Of a stretch of 64,000 bases of DNA, positions 20,585-31,332 are shown in pieces (within the stretch, counting starts at the first letter, position 1; each line of letters begins with the position of its first letter). The position numbers were made by a program, and so were the translations under genes. Under the pieces are notes generated by a model that saw only the letters and a list, made by a program, of their open reading frames with translations, did no database searches and had not been told where the DNA came from. Source of the DNA: an uncultured Anaerococcus sp. GTDB lineage: Bacteria > Bacillota > Clostridia > Tissierellales > Peptoniphilaceae. The stretch is from the NCBI RefSeq assembly GCF_943912385.1, contig NZ_CALTTY010000005.1:22746-86745 (forward strand), given 5' to 3'.

Positions 20585-21442
20585 TTACCAAGCTGGTAAC
20601 CAAGCTCCATTTGTGAATGTTTGGTAGTCTTCTTTTGTTTCGTCAGTTTGATAGTATTCTACAAGTTCCTTGTAGACTTCATTGTCCTTGTCCTCTTTTC
20701 TTGTAGCTATAACATTTACGTAATTTTTTGTTCCCTTACCATTTGGATCTTCTAGTAGGATTGCATCATCTGTTGGGCTTAGTCCTGCGTCTAGGGCGTA
20801 GTTGTCATTTACTGCTGCTATTACTACGTCATCTAGGGCCCTTGCTGTTTGGGAAGCTTCCATCTCGATAAATTCTAGGTTTTTAGGGTTTTCTACTATA
20901 TCATCTACAGTGATGAGGTCCCCAGGTTCTCCTTCTACTTTTATTAGGCCCGCTTCTTCTAAGAGGAATATTCCCCTTGGTCCATTGGTTGGGTCGTTTG
21001 GTATGGCTACTTTTGCCCCATCTTCTAATTCTTTAATATCTTCTATTTGACTTGAAAAAAATCCTATTGGTGCAAGCATTGTATCTCCTATAGGAACTAG
21101 GATTTCTTCTCCTTTTTCCTCATTATATTGGCCTAGGAATAGGTGGTGTTGGAAGCTATTTACATCTATATCACCATCTGCTAGAGCCTCATTTGGTTGG
21201 TTGTAGTCTGAAAATCTTACAAGCTCTGCTTTTTTGCCAGTACCTTCTTCATATCTTTTGATTACTTCTTCCCAAACTTCGTTTTTTTCACCAACTACAC
21301 CGATTTTGATTGTATCAGTTGTTTCAGTTTGGGCTTTTTTATCAGTTCCATCATTTTTAGTTTCAGCTGATTCATTGGCTCCACACGCTGTAAGTCCTAA
21401 TACTAGTGCAAGCCCTATGGTTAATTTTGCTAATTTTTTCAT
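20585..21442 (-). CDS. metQ: MetQ/NlpA methionine-binding lipoprotein (copy 2)
   Basis: Lipobox LTAC; FSDYNQPNEAL, NSFQH, IPNDPTNGPR. Confidence 0.9.
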   Translation of the reverse strand: MKKLAKLTIGLALVLGLTACGANESAETKNDGTDKKAQTETTDTIKIGVVGEKNEVWEEVIKRYEEGTGKKAELVRFSDYNQPNEALADGDIDVNSFQHHLFLGQYNEEKGEEILVPIGDTMLAPIGFFSSQIEDIKELEDGAKVAIPNDPTNGPRGIFLLEEAGLIKVEGEPGDLITVDDIVENPKNLEFIEMEASQTARALDDVVIAAVNDNYALDAGLSPTDDAILLEDPNGKGTKNYVNVIATRKEDKDNEVYKELVEYYQTDETKEDYQTFTNGAWLPAW

Positions 21443-21474
21443 CTTTATCTCCTTTTATATTTTTATATTTAAAT

Positions 21475-22326
21475 CTACCACATGCAGATTACTGATCCCT
21501 TGTATTCTCTTTCGTATATTTCCTTTGTCTCATCTGTTAAAAAGTAGTTGTTTACAAGGTCTAGGATATCTTTATCATCTTTATTTTCTTCTTTTACTGC
21601 TATTACATTTATAAAATTTTTTGATCTTTCATGGTTAGGATTTTCTAGGTAGATAGCATCCTCTGTTGGGATAAACCCTGCTTCCATGGCCATATCTGAG
21701 TTGATCAGGGCTTGATCTACATCCTCTAATGATCTTGAAACTTGGTCAGCCGGAAGTTCTATAAATTCTATATTTTTAGGATTTTCTGCTATATCATCTA
21801 GGGTTATAAAGTCACCAGCATCTTCTTTTACTTTAATAAGACCTGCTGCATCGAGGATATAAAGCGCTCTTGAGTTGTTTGATACTTCAACTGGTATGGC
21901 AATACTTCCTCCGTCAGGTATGGACTTATAATCTTCTAGCTTACTTGAATAGATTCCCATGGGAGATATGACAGTATCTGCTATATAATAAAATCCTGCA
22001 TTTTGACTTTGGTTAAATTCTTCTATAAATATCCTTGTTGCAAAGGATGATAAGTCGATATCCCCATCCTTTAGGGCATGGTTTGGTTGGTTGTAGTCAG
22101 AAAACCTAATAATTTCTACGCTATTTCCAGTATCTTCTTCGTATTTTTTAATAGCCTCTTCCCAAGGCTCATTACGCTCTCCCACTACTCCGAACTTAAA
22201 AGTTCTTGCTTGTCCACTTTCTTCTACTTTATTTCCTGCCTCTGTAGCTTCTTTTTGCTTAGCTGACCCACACCCTGTTATTCCTATTATAATAAGTAGA
22301 CTTAAGGCAATCTTTCTTAATGACAT
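21475..22326 (-). CDS. metQ: MetQ/NlpA-family lipoprotein (copy 1, divergent binding motifs)
   Basis: Lipobox ITGC; FSDYNQPNHAL; SSFAT and IPVEVSNNSR replace NxFQH and IPNDPTN. Confidence 0.85.
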   Translation of the reverse strand: MSLRKIALSLLIIIGITGCGSAKQKEATEAGNKVEESGQARTFKFGVVGERNEPWEEAIKKYEEDTGNSVEIIRFSDYNQPNHALKDGDIDLSSFATRIFIEEFNQSQNAGFYYIADTVISPMGIYSSKLEDYKSIPDGGSIAIPVEVSNNSRALYILDAAGLIKVKEDAGDFITLDDIAENPKNIEFIELPADQVSRSLEDVDQALINSDMAMEAGFIPTEDAIYLENPNHERSKNFINVIAVKEENKDDKDILDLVNNYFLTDETKEIYEREYKGSVICMW

Positions 22327-22344
22327 TTTCTATCTCTCCTTGTT

Positions 22345-23010
22345 TTAATGGTCAGTCTTTCTGATTAGATAGTTTGCTATAGCCTGGATTATAAATACTA
22401 CTATCAGAATTAAGATTACAGCTACTATAACCACATCATCCTTATACCTGTTATAACCAACTGATATGGCTAGGTCACCTATACCACCACCGCCTATAAG
22501 TCCAGCCATTGCTGTAAGACTTAAAAGTGATATTAGAGTTATAGATGAGGCTCTTATAATACTTGGCAAACCTTCTCTGAGGTATACTCTTATAATTATT
22601 CCTACCGGTCCAAGACCCATGGCTTCTGCCGCTTCGATTTTACCTGGATCAACATCCGCTAGGGCTTGCTCCACCTGCCTTGCAAAAAATGGTATACATG
22701 ATACTACCATCGGAACTATAGCCGCCTTAGGACCAATCCTAGTATCAACTATTTCCCTTGTTAAGGGTGCTACAAGGGCTAGCAAGATGATAAAGGGTAT
22801 TGACCTAAAGATATTTGTTATTTTATCAAGTATGCTATAGACTATTTTATTTTCTAAAATCCTATTTCGGTCTGTTACAACCATAATCACTCCCAGGATT
22901 AGACCAAAGATACCTGCGAAAATAGCTGAGAAAAACAGCATATAGAGGGTGGTTTTAAAGTCACTTATGATCCTGTCTTTTATGGATAGGGAATAGCTAA
23001 AAAATTCCAT
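22345..23010 (-). CDS. metI: Methionine ABC permease
   Basis: NIFRSIPFIIL, IEAAEAMG, GGGGIGDLA. Confidence 0.93.
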   Translation of the reverse strand: MEFFSYSLSIKDRIISDFKTTLYMLFFSAIFAGIFGLILGVIMVVTDRNRILENKIVYSILDKITNIFRSIPFIILLALVAPLTREIVDTRIGPKAAIVPMVVSCIPFFARQVEQALADVDPGKIEAAEAMGLGPVGIIIRVYLREGLPSIIRASSITLISLLSLTAMAGLIGGGGIGDLAISVGYNRYKDDVVIVAVILILIVVFIIQAIANYLIRKTDH

Positions 23011-24028
23011 CCTTACCTCCTAATAATTCTACACTTATGTTTCTTTCTTCTAGGTAATCACCAATTTTTCCTAAGTTTTTCCTATCACCAGATAGGCTGA
23101 CTATGAGGTTTCCTACAGGAACACCTGTTATAAACTCAATATTACCTCCAAGAACATTAGTCTTTATTCCAAATTTCTGGTAGAGGTCATTTATGAGTGG
23201 TTCTGTAGTAGATTCTCCCACATAATTTAGCTTGACTAAAAGTTCGTTTTCTTTTAGGATACCTATATTTTGCTTAACTTCTTCTATAGTTTCAGAAACA
23301 TTAGTTGAAGTCTCGACAAATTCCTTGGTTAGGGGATCCTTAGGATGGGAGAAGATTTCGAGTGTCGACCCAGCTTCTACAACCTTGCCATCTTGCATGA
23401 CCGCACACTTATTGCAAAGGTCCTTTACAACCTCCATCTGGTGGGTAATTATAACAACGGTTAGCCTTAATTTTTTATTTAATTCCTTTATTAGTCTTAG
23501 GATTTGCTTGGTTGTCTTTGGGTCAAGGGCGCTGGTTGCCTCATCACATAGAAGAATTTCCGGGTCTGATGCCAAGCTCCTTGCTATGGCGCACCTTTGT
23601 TGCTGGCCTCCTGATAATTCGCTTGGATAAGAATCTGCCTTATCCCTTATCCCTACAGTTTCTAGGAGGTCTAGGGCCTTTTCTCTTTTTTCTTCCTTAG
23701 ATAGGCTCCTATCTCTTTTTATAGGAAATATTACATTATCGAGGACCGTGAGGTTGTTTAAGAGGTTAAAGTGTTGGAAGATCATCCCAATCTTTTTTCT
23801 TTTTTCTCTAAGGTCTCTTTTCGATAAGTCTAGGATATTTTCCCCATTTATCAAGACCTCTCCTGATGTGGGCCTTTGGAGAAGGTTTATGGTCCTTACC
23901 AGGGTTGATTTTCCTGCTCCAGAGAAGCCCACAATCCCGTAGGCGTCTTGTTCCTCGATTGTTAGACTTACATCATCAACAGCCTTTAGACCATCGAAGT
24001 CTACAGTTATATTTTTTAACTCTATCAT
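22997..24028 (-). CDS. metN: Methionine ABC ATPase
   Basis: GFSGAGKST, CDEATSALDP, C-terminal NIL domain. Confidence 0.95.
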   Translation of the reverse strand: MIELKNITVDFDGLKAVDDVSLTIEEQDAYGIVGFSGAGKSTLVRTINLLQRPTSGEVLINGENILDLSKRDLREKRKKIGMIFQHFNLLNNLTVLDNVIFPIKRDRSLSKEEKREKALDLLETVGIRDKADSYPSELSGGQQQRCAIARSLASDPEILLCDEATSALDPKTTKQILRLIKELNKKLRLTVVIITHQMEVVKDLCNKCAVMQDGKVVEAGSTLEIFSHPKDPLTKEFVETSTNVSETIEEVKQNIGILKENELLVKLNYVGESTTEPLINDLYQKFGIKTNVLGGNIEFITGVPVGNLIVSLSGDRKNLGKIGDYLEERNISVELLGGKDGIF

Positions 24029-25230
24029 TATTTACTCTCTTTCAAAAAATCTACGGCAAATTTTAAGGCAAGGCCTAGTCCGTATCCTATCCCCTCTTCG
24101 TCAAGATCAAACTTGTCTGTGTGGGCTCCTGCTGCTATACCTCTTTCTTCGTTTCTTACCCCGAAATAGGTATAGATTGTAGGACATAGTTTGCCGTAGC
24201 CATAAAATGACTCTGAGCCCCAGCCTGCTTCTGCTTCTACTATGGCTCCTTTATATATTGACTCAAGACTATCTCTTGCAAAGTCTGCGAGTTTTTCATC
24301 ATTAAAGACTGGCTCTGCTACTATTTTAAAATAATCAGCAAATTCTACCTCACAACCATGGGCCCTGGCTGTTAATTCTGCTACATTTCTTACAACCTTA
24401 AGGGCATCTCTCGCCTGGTCTGTGTCATAAAATCTTAGGGTAGCCTTGACTGTCGCCCTGTCTGGAATGACATTGGGTGATGTTCCACCATTTATAGCCC
24501 CTATCCCTAAGGTTATTGGCTTTTCTACATCTAGCTGGTTGTTCCAGGCTGAGTTTAAATTTGTTACAATGTGGCTTGTTGCTATGAGTGGATTTACTAA
24601 TCTGTCAGGTCTTGACCCGTGACCACCTCTTCCAACAACGTCAAACTCAATACCAACACAGCCTGCGTGGCTAGCACCTTTTACAATTTTAAACTTACCT
24701 ACATCAAGGGCTGAATTTTGATGGTTGCCATAGACTGCATCAAGTCCCTTATCTTTTAGGTGGTCTACCATGGCATGAATTCCTGCCCCGGTTTCCTCAG
24801 CTGATTCAAATATGAAGTAGATTTTACCATCTAGGTCATCTTCTAAGTCCTTTAATATCTTTGCTGATAAAAGACCTATAGTCATGTGGCTATCATGGCC
24901 GCATGCATGGGATACACCTGGGTTTTTAGAAACTGAGACCTTTTCTTCCTTAAGGTTACATTTATCTTCTTCTATAGCAAGGGCATCTATATCAGCCCTA
25001 ATACCTAGGGTCTTTCCGGCTCTGCCTGTATCTAGAAGGGCTGTAAACCCGGTAGATTCCGGCACATCTTCTACTAGAAGATTCAAGTCTTCACATTTTT
25101 TCTTAAGATAGGCACTGGTTTGGTATTCTTTTTCGCTTACTTCTGGATTTTCATGGAGATATCTCCTGGTTTTTATTATATAATCTTTATTTTCATTTAT
25201 TTTATCTTTTATTATCTTATCCCAAGTCAA
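24028..25230 (-). CDS. M20D amidohydrolase (aminoacylase-like)
   Basis: RRYLHENPE, RADIDAL, HACGHD, AEE, GGHGS; TTG start after an AGGAG RBS. Confidence 0.9.
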   Translation of the reverse strand: MTWDKIIKDKINENKDYIIKTRRYLHENPEVSEKEYQTSAYLKKKCEDLNLLVEDVPESTGFTALLDTGRAGKTLGIRADIDALAIEEDKCNLKEEKVSVSKNPGVSHACGHDSHMTIGLLSAKILKDLEDDLDGKIYFIFESAEETGAGIHAMVDHLKDKGLDAVYGNHQNSALDVGKFKIVKGASHAGCVGIEFDVVGRGGHGSRPDRLVNPLIATSHIVTNLNSAWNNQLDVEKPITLGIGAINGGTSPNVIPDRATVKATLRFYDTDQARDALKVVRNVAELTARAHGCEVEFADYFKIVAEPVFNDEKLADFARDSLESIYKGAIVEAEAGWGSESFYGYGKLCPTIYTYFGVRNEERGIAAGAHTDKFDLDEEGIGYGLGLALKFAVDFLKESK

Positions 25231-25247
25231 TTTTTACTCCTTTCTAA

Positions 25248-25505
25248 TAAAAAAAACGCCCTCATATTCCGTATAGGAATATAAGGACGTTTAAAAATCG
25301 CGTTACCACCTTATTTTATGCCTGGTTACCCAAGCATACACTCATCAAGTACTATCATACTCTAATTCTATAACGGGAATTCCCGTATGGATCTCATATT
25401 GACCCATCCCATCCAAGGCCATCTTCATCTAGTCTCATTCCTACCCCTTTTCACCAAGCGGGGCTCTCTTTGAAGAACTCTTCTAAACTACTCTTCTTGT
25501 CACAT
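25248..25505 (-). promoter_or_regulatory. Met T-box riboswitch
   Basis: GAAGAGTAG...AGAGAG..GGTGAAA...GAAG-ATG (25422-25420); T-box AAGGTGGTAACGCG; terminator CGTCCTTATATTCC..GGAATATGAGGGCG-poly-T; TTGACA-N17-TATTAT promoter at about 25539-25568. Confidence 0.92.
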
Positions 25506-25591
25506 GGTTTTGTAAATCTCTTATCTCGTTGTTAATGGTATAATACCACCTAAAAATTTTTATGTCAAATATTTTTACAAATTTTTTAATA

Positions 25592-26743
25592 TTATTCAGG
25601 AAGTGTTATTTTTTCAAGGATTTGGTTAAGTTTAGCTATGGCTATACCGTAATTTGTCATAGGAGTTTTTGCTTCTTTAGCTTTTTCTACTCTCGATATG
25701 ACATGGGTCCTATTAAACATGCAAGACCCACAAGCTATAATAAGGTCATATTTTTCATAGGCTATAGAGTCATTTCCCCTAACAAAGTCTATATTTACAT
25801 CCGGATGGGTCTTTCTTATTAGCCTCGGAATTTTTACACTGCCTATATCCTCATCAATAGGAGGATGGGTGCAAGCTTCTGCTATCAAGATATTTTTGAT
25901 AGGAGAATCAAAGACTTGGGCTGATTCTACAAAATAATCTAAATCCCCCTTAAAGGCAGAAAATAAAACTGAAAAGCTTGTTAAATTAACATCTCTTGGC
26001 TTTTTCTCATAAACTTCCCTAAAGGCCTGGCTATCTGTTATTATAAGGTCCACCTTGTTTAGGCTCTTTACTGTATTTTCAAAGTTATCAAGGTCTGTGC
26101 ATATAGCACTGGCTTTTTTATCAATTATTTCCCTGATGGTCATGACTTGGGGTTTTATAATCCTATCCTTAGGAGCTGCCTCATCTTGGGGCATGACAAG
26201 CACTACCATATCCCCTTCATTAACTAGGTTTCTTGTAATGGTTAGGTCTTCTTTTTTATAAAGGGCTCTGATTTTTTCAAAGATTTGATCCCTTGACCTT
26301 AGGTCAGATATATTGACAGATAGGGGGTTTTTATCCTTAAATTCTCTTAGGGTTTCCTCCCCTTCTCCATTATCCATCTTCATAGCAAGAAAAATCACCG
26401 GCTTATCCTTAAAGGCAGGAATAATTTCTAAGTCATCTCCAGGGCTTAGGACATATAAGATGAGGTCTACCTTGTCTATTTCAGCTAAGGTTTTATTGTA
26501 CCTTGCTTTGCCAAGTACTGTCTTATCAGCTGTGCCCGCTGTATCTATAAATACGACTGGACCCAGGTCGGTTATTTCCATAGCCTTCCTGATTGGGTCT
26601 GTGGTTGTACCTTCCACATCTGATACTATGGAAACATCTTGGCCTGTCAGGTAGTTTAAGAGGGTTGACTTTCCCGAATTGGTTTTGCCAAATATACCGA
26701 TATGGATTCTTTCGCTAAGGCCAGTCTTAGATGTAGATGTCAC
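25592..26743 (-). CDS. hydF: [FeFe]-hydrogenase maturation GTPase
   Basis: GKTNSGKS, GTTTD, DTAG, EACTH...CGSC. Confidence 0.92.
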   Translation of the reverse strand: MTSTSKTGLSERIHIGIFGKTNSGKSTLLNYLTGQDVSIVSDVEGTTTDPIRKAMEITDLGPVVFIDTAGTADKTVLGKARYNKTLAEIDKVDLILYVLSPGDDLEIIPAFKDKPVIFLAMKMDNGEGEETLREFKDKNPLSVNISDLRSRDQIFEKIRALYKKEDLTITRNLVNEGDMVVLVMPQDEAAPKDRIIKPQVMTIREIIDKKASAICTDLDNFENTVKSLNKVDLIITDSQAFREVYEKKPRDVNLTSFSVLFSAFKGDLDYFVESAQVFDSPIKNILIAEACTHPPIDEDIGSVKIPRLIRKTHPDVNIDFVRGNDSIAYEKYDLIIACGSCMFNRTHVISRVEKAKEAKTPMTNYGIAIAKLNQILEKITLPE

Positions 26744-28145
26744 GGACGCCTTCCTCTACATTTTTAATGTTTTCTTCTGTAGACTTTCTAACATCTGGAT
26801 TTGGTATGTTAGTAAGCTCCTTGTTTATTAATTTTTCTGCATTTTTTGCTGTCTCTTCACTCGCATAGTCAACAACATATTCTTTTAGGGTGACAAGGGC
26901 ATTTGGATGGCAGATATTTCCTATGCCATGTTTTTTGACCATATCCATAAAGACTTCCCCGGTCCTGCCCTTCCTATAGCAGGCTGTGCAGAAGGATGGG
27001 ACGTGGTCTTTTTCTATAAGCCAGTTTACAACCTCATCTAAGCTCCTATTATCAGCAAGTTCAAATTGGTCGCTACCCTTGGTTTCCTTTTCGGTGTAGC
27101 CACCCACAGATGTCTTTGAACCTCCGGATAATTGGCTTATACCCAAATCAAGAAGCCTATTTCTCATAGCTTCTGACTCACGGGTTGATACAATCATCCC
27201 TGTGTAAGGAACAGCTATCCTGATGCAGGCTACAAGCTTTTCAAACATCTCATCAGATAAGGAGTTATCAAAGTCACCTGGGTCTATGTCATCAGCTGGT
27301 TGGATTCTAGGAACGGAAATGGTGTGAGGACCTACATTAAACCTTGCTTCAAGGTGTTCTGCATGCATTAACTGGCCGATAAATTCATATTCATAGGAAT
27401 CAAGGCCGTATAGGACTCCCATACCGACATCGTCAATTCCTCCTTCCATGGCACGGTCCATGGCTTCAGTGTGGTAGCTGTAGTTTGATTTCGGACCAAA
27501 CTTGTGGAGGGCCTCGTAGTTTTCCTTGTTGTAGGTTTCTTGGAAGAGGATATAAGTTCCTATCTCTGCTTCCTTTAGTTTCCTATAATTTTCTACACTT
27601 GTTGCAGCTATATTGATATTTACACGTCTAATAGCTCCATTTTTATGCTTGATATTATAGATTGTATCGATTGATTCAAGGATATATTCTATAGGGTTGT
27701 TGATTGGATCTTCCCCCGCTTCAAGGGCGAGTCTCTTATGGCCCTGGTCTTGAAGGGCTATAACTTGCTCTTTTATTTCTTCCTGGGTTAATTTTTTCCT
27801 AGGAATGGTCCTATTTTGACCGTGATAAGGGCAGTAGACACAACCATTTACACAGTAGTTTGATAGGTAGAGGGGGGCAAAAAGCACAATCCTATTTGCA
27901 TAAAACTTATATTTCAATTCTTTAGCAAGGGAAAAGATTTCTTCATTTAAATCTTCTTCCTTAGAAGCTAAGAGAATGAAGGCTTCCCTATGATTTAGAC
28001 CCTGGGCCTTTTTCGCCTTTTCTAAGACCTCCTTGATTAATTTTCTATTATGGGCATTTTCCCTGCCGTAATCGAGGGTTTCTAGAATCTCCTCGTGGTT
28101 TATAAATTCTTCTGCCTTGAGGCTTTTTGGATTATATATAGTCAT
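26727..28145 (-). CDS. hydG: [FeFe]-hydrogenase maturation radical SAM protein
   Basis: FAPLYLSNYCVNGCVYC; auxiliary cluster PSFCTACYR...CHPNA. Confidence 0.95.
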   Translation of the reverse strand: MTIYNPKSLKAEEFINHEEILETLDYGRENAHNRKLIKEVLEKAKKAQGLNHREAFILLASKEEDLNEEIFSLAKELKYKFYANRIVLFAPLYLSNYCVNGCVYCPYHGQNRTIPRKKLTQEEIKEQVIALQDQGHKRLALEAGEDPINNPIEYILESIDTIYNIKHKNGAIRRVNINIAATSVENYRKLKEAEIGTYILFQETYNKENYEALHKFGPKSNYSYHTEAMDRAMEGGIDDVGMGVLYGLDSYEYEFIGQLMHAEHLEARFNVGPHTISVPRIQPADDIDPGDFDNSLSDEMFEKLVACIRIAVPYTGMIVSTRESEAMRNRLLDLGISQLSGGSKTSVGGYTEKETKGSDQFELADNRSLDEVVNWLIEKDHVPSFCTACYRKGRTGEVFMDMVKKHGIGNICHPNALVTLKEYVVDYASEETAKNAEKLINKELTNIPNPDVRKSTEENIKNVEEGVRDIYI

Positions 28146-28315
28146 CTTTTCCTTCTTTCGTATTCTTTTCTAGTTCACCTTCCATTATAATACTTTTTAG
28201 AATAAATTTAAAATGAAATTGGAGGAAAAGCCAAAATCCCCAAAAATCCCTTTAAACGATAAAAAAACTCCACCACCTACAATAAGATTTTGGAGTTTTA
28301 AAAATATGCTTATTT

Positions 28316-29581
28316 TTATTCATTTGTTAGGTTAAACTTCTTTAAAAGAGTCATGAAGAGCGATAAGATTACCGCAACAACTGATGCAAGGACCATACCT
28401 GACAGTTCAATTGACCCAAACTTGATAGAAAGACCAGAAAGGCCTGCTATAAAGATAACTGATGTTAGGACAAGGTTGATTGACTTTGAATAATCTACCC
28501 TTTCATCAACAAGTAACCTAATGCCGCTAGTTCCAATCATACCATAAAGAAGGAAGGTCACCCCACCTATGACATTGCCTGGTATGGTTGAGATGAAGGC
28601 AGCTAGGGGGCCGAAAAATGCCATGATAATTGACACAACCGCAGCTCCCCCTATTACCTGGACTGAATAAACTCCTGTTATGGCCATAACTCCGATATTT
28701 TCTCCATAGGTTGTGGTTGGTACTCCCCCTAGAAACCCTGATATGGCTGTAGAAATATTATCTGCAAAGATTGACCTATGTAGGCCCGGGTCTTCTAAAA
28801 GGTTTTTGCCAACGATATTTGACGTTACAACCTGGTGGGAAATATGCTCGCTTGTTATTACTAGTATTACGGGAAGCATGGCCAAGATAGCATCAGCACT
28901 GAATTTTGCCATGTGGAAGTCTGGCATGGTAAATAATTTCGCCTCTATTACTGGGGTAAAATCTACCATATCAAAAAATATGGCCGCTATATAACCTACA
29001 ACTATGGCAATTAATATTGGGATTGTAGAAAAAAATCCTTTAAAGGCTACAGAGCCTATAATAGCAGTAAGGAGGGTTATAGCAAATACTATAAAGTCTT
29101 TAGCCTCTGCTGTATCAGTCATAAGGTTTGCACCGATAGCCCCACCTGTTACGGTGTTACCGGCAAGTTCAAAACCAATAAGGGCTACTACTGCACCCAT
29201 GGCCGCCGGCGGTAGGACTACGTCTATCCACTTGATTCCAAACTTGTATATAATATAACTCATAATACAACCTAAAATTCCGACTACAACAAAGGCACCT
29301 TGAGCGTATTCAAATCCTTGCTTGGCGATAATAGCTGTTCCTGGAGCTAAAAATGCAAAAGAAGAACCCAAATAAGCAGGTGCCTTTCCCTTGGTTATTA
29401 ATATAAATAATAGAGTACCAATCCCATTCATTAAAAGTACAATTCCCGGATTAATTTGAAATAAAATTGGGACCAAAACTGATGCTCCAAACATTGCAAA
29501 AGTGTGCTGCAAGGAAAGGGGCAAGAGAAGTTTCGCCGGTACCTTATCATCAATATGGTAAACTTTCTTTTCTTTGTTCAT
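28316..29581 (-). CDS. uraA: Uracil permease (NCS2 family)
   Basis: LQHTFAMFG, YLGSSFAF, PTTTYGENIG. Confidence 0.88.
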   Translation of the reverse strand: MNKEKKVYHIDDKVPAKLLLPLSLQHTFAMFGASVLVPILFQINPGIVLLMNGIGTLLFILITKGKAPAYLGSSFAFLAPGTAIIAKQGFEYAQGAFVVVGILGCIMSYIIYKFGIKWIDVVLPPAAMGAVVALIGFELAGNTVTGGAIGANLMTDTAEAKDFIVFAITLLTAIIGSVAFKGFFSTIPILIAIVVGYIAAIFFDMVDFTPVIEAKLFTMPDFHMAKFSADAILAMLPVILVITSEHISHQVVTSNIVGKNLLEDPGLHRSIFADNISTAISGFLGGVPTTTYGENIGVMAITGVYSVQVIGGAAVVSIIMAFFGPLAAFISTIPGNVIGGVTFLLYGMIGTSGIRLLVDERVDYSKSINLVLTSVIFIAGLSGLSIKFGSIELSGMVLASVVAVILSLFMTLLKKFNLTNE

Positions 29582-29753
29582 AAAAATTCCTTTCTAAATG
29601 TTGTCAAACCTACTCTATGATACCATTTTAGTATTCTTTGTCAAAAAGGAATTTTAAGTAATTTTTCTAAAATACAGGATATAGTAATTACATATAAAAC
29701 CAGGCCGTTAAATGTCACCACATAAAAAATCCGGCCCTAAGACCGGATTTTAC

Positions 29754-30050
29754 TTACTCTAAATCTTCGCCATTAAAGGCATCAATCATATCATCTTTTG
29801 CCCTATTGGCTTTTTCTTTTGCATCTGTTACTGTTGCTTTTACTTCATCTTGGTTTTTCTTTAGAATATAGGCACCTGCCCCTGCTACAAGGGCTGCCTT
29901 GGCTATTCTTGAAACTATATTTGGTTTTTTCTTATATTTACTTTTAAACATATCTTTCCTTCTTCCTTTTTTCTTAAATTTCTTCTTAGTTAGATTTGAG
30001 GCTAGGTCTTTAGTTCCCTTAACCGCAAGTATTTTCTTAAAAACTCCCAT
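29754..30050 (-). CDS. Small basic hypothetical protein with one hydrophobic segment
   Basis: GGAGG RBS before ATG at 30050; followed by terminator AAATCCGG..CCGGATTT. Confidence 0.65.
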   Translation of the reverse strand: MGVFKKILAVKGTKDLASNLTKKKFKKKGRRKDMFKSKYKKKPNIVSRIAKAALVAGAGAYILKKNQDEVKATVTDAKEKANRAKDDMIDAFNGEDLE

Positions 30051-30094
30051 AAGACCTCCTTCAAAAATATTACCTAGTAAATATATACCCAATC

Positions 30095-31306
30095 TTAGTC
30101 TTCTCTAACAAGTGGCATGGACATACACCTAGGTCCTCCCCTACCGACTGTTAAGTTTGACGAATCAAGTTTTAAAACTTCAAATCCTTCTTTTTCTAAA
30201 ACTTCATTGGTCACATTATTCCTATCGTAAACAACAACCTTACCTGGTGCTATAGCTAGAGTATTTGACCCATCAGTCCACTGTTCACGAAGAGCAGCTA
30301 TAGGATCTCCTCCTCCACAAGGTATGAGCCTAACATGGTCAAGGTCTAAGGCATCTTTTAATAAGTCTTCGAGGTTTTTATCTAATTGCTTGCTTACAAT
30401 TTCCCCATCCCTTGCAGTAAAGCTATAGGCATGGAAGGTCGACATAATACCAGGATGGTAGGTAAAGGCATCGTAGTCAATTTGGGTAAAGACAGTATCA
30501 AGGTGCATATAGGCTCTTTCAGTCGGAATATTGACAGCCAAAACTTCCTTAACTTCATTCTCCTCATCAAGGATTAGACTTTTAGCAAGTTTTTTAATGG
30601 CATCAAGCTCAGTCCTCTGGCTAATACCAACCATAACAAGGTTTTTATTAATACTTAAAATATCTCCGCCCTCTATTGTATGGCCAGAATTCCTACCATA
30701 AAAATCTTTAGTTCCACCCAATTCTTTGTGGTATTTAAAGATATAATCAGCGTAAATCGTCTCCCTGGACCTAGTCCTAGTATGCATGCAGTTTATAGAA
30801 ACACCACCCGCTATAGAAGAAAATGGGTCCCTTGTAAAGTAGAGGTTTGGCATAGGGTAAATTGCTGTATAAGCTTCGTTGCTAACAATCTTATCAATAT
30901 TTTTAAAGCCACCTATCTCCTTTAGGGTAATACCAGACATGGTCTTTTCAACAAAGGCCTTAGTGTCCTTGATTGATTTTAAAAGCGCTTCACTTTCCTT
31001 ATAAATATTTTCATTATTAATACCAGCTTCTTCTAGATATTGGCCTAAAAATATATCACGAAGGCCTTCATTATAATCAAGGGTCTCAGCCATCAGGTCC
31101 TCTAGATAGACAACCTCAGCCCCATTGTCTCTTAAAATCTTAGCAAATTCATCATGCTCAGCCTGGGCCTTGGCAAGGTCTGGAATATCATCAAATAAAA
31201 GCTCTTCAAGTAAGAAAGGAGTCAAATTCAAAAGCTCCTCACCAGGTCTGTGAAGCATAACCTTCTTCAAGGCTTTGATCTCATTGTTAACGTTTACTTT
31301 TCCCAT
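30095..31306 (-). CDS. arcA: Arginine deiminase
   Basis: LLFDDIP, PNLYFTRD, IEGGD, MHLDT, GRGGPRCMS. Confidence 0.96.
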   Translation of the reverse strand: MGKVNVNNEIKALKKVMLHRPGEELLNLTPFLLEELLFDDIPDLAKAQAEHDEFAKILRDNGAEVVYLEDLMAETLDYNEGLRDIFLGQYLEEAGINNENIYKESEALLKSIKDTKAFVEKTMSGITLKEIGGFKNIDKIVSNEAYTAIYPMPNLYFTRDPFSSIAGGVSINCMHTRTRSRETIYADYIFKYHKELGGTKDFYGRNSGHTIEGGDILSINKNLVMVGISQRTELDAIKKLAKSLILDEENEVKEVLAVNIPTERAYMHLDTVFTQIDYDAFTYHPGIMSTFHAYSFTARDGEIVSKQLDKNLEDLLKDALDLDHVRLIPCGGGDPIAALREQWTDGSNTLAIAPGKVVVYDRNNVTNEVLEKEGFEVLKLDSSNLTVGRGGPRCMSMPLVRED

Positions 31307-31332
31307 AACAATCTCCTAAATAAATTTTGTTT

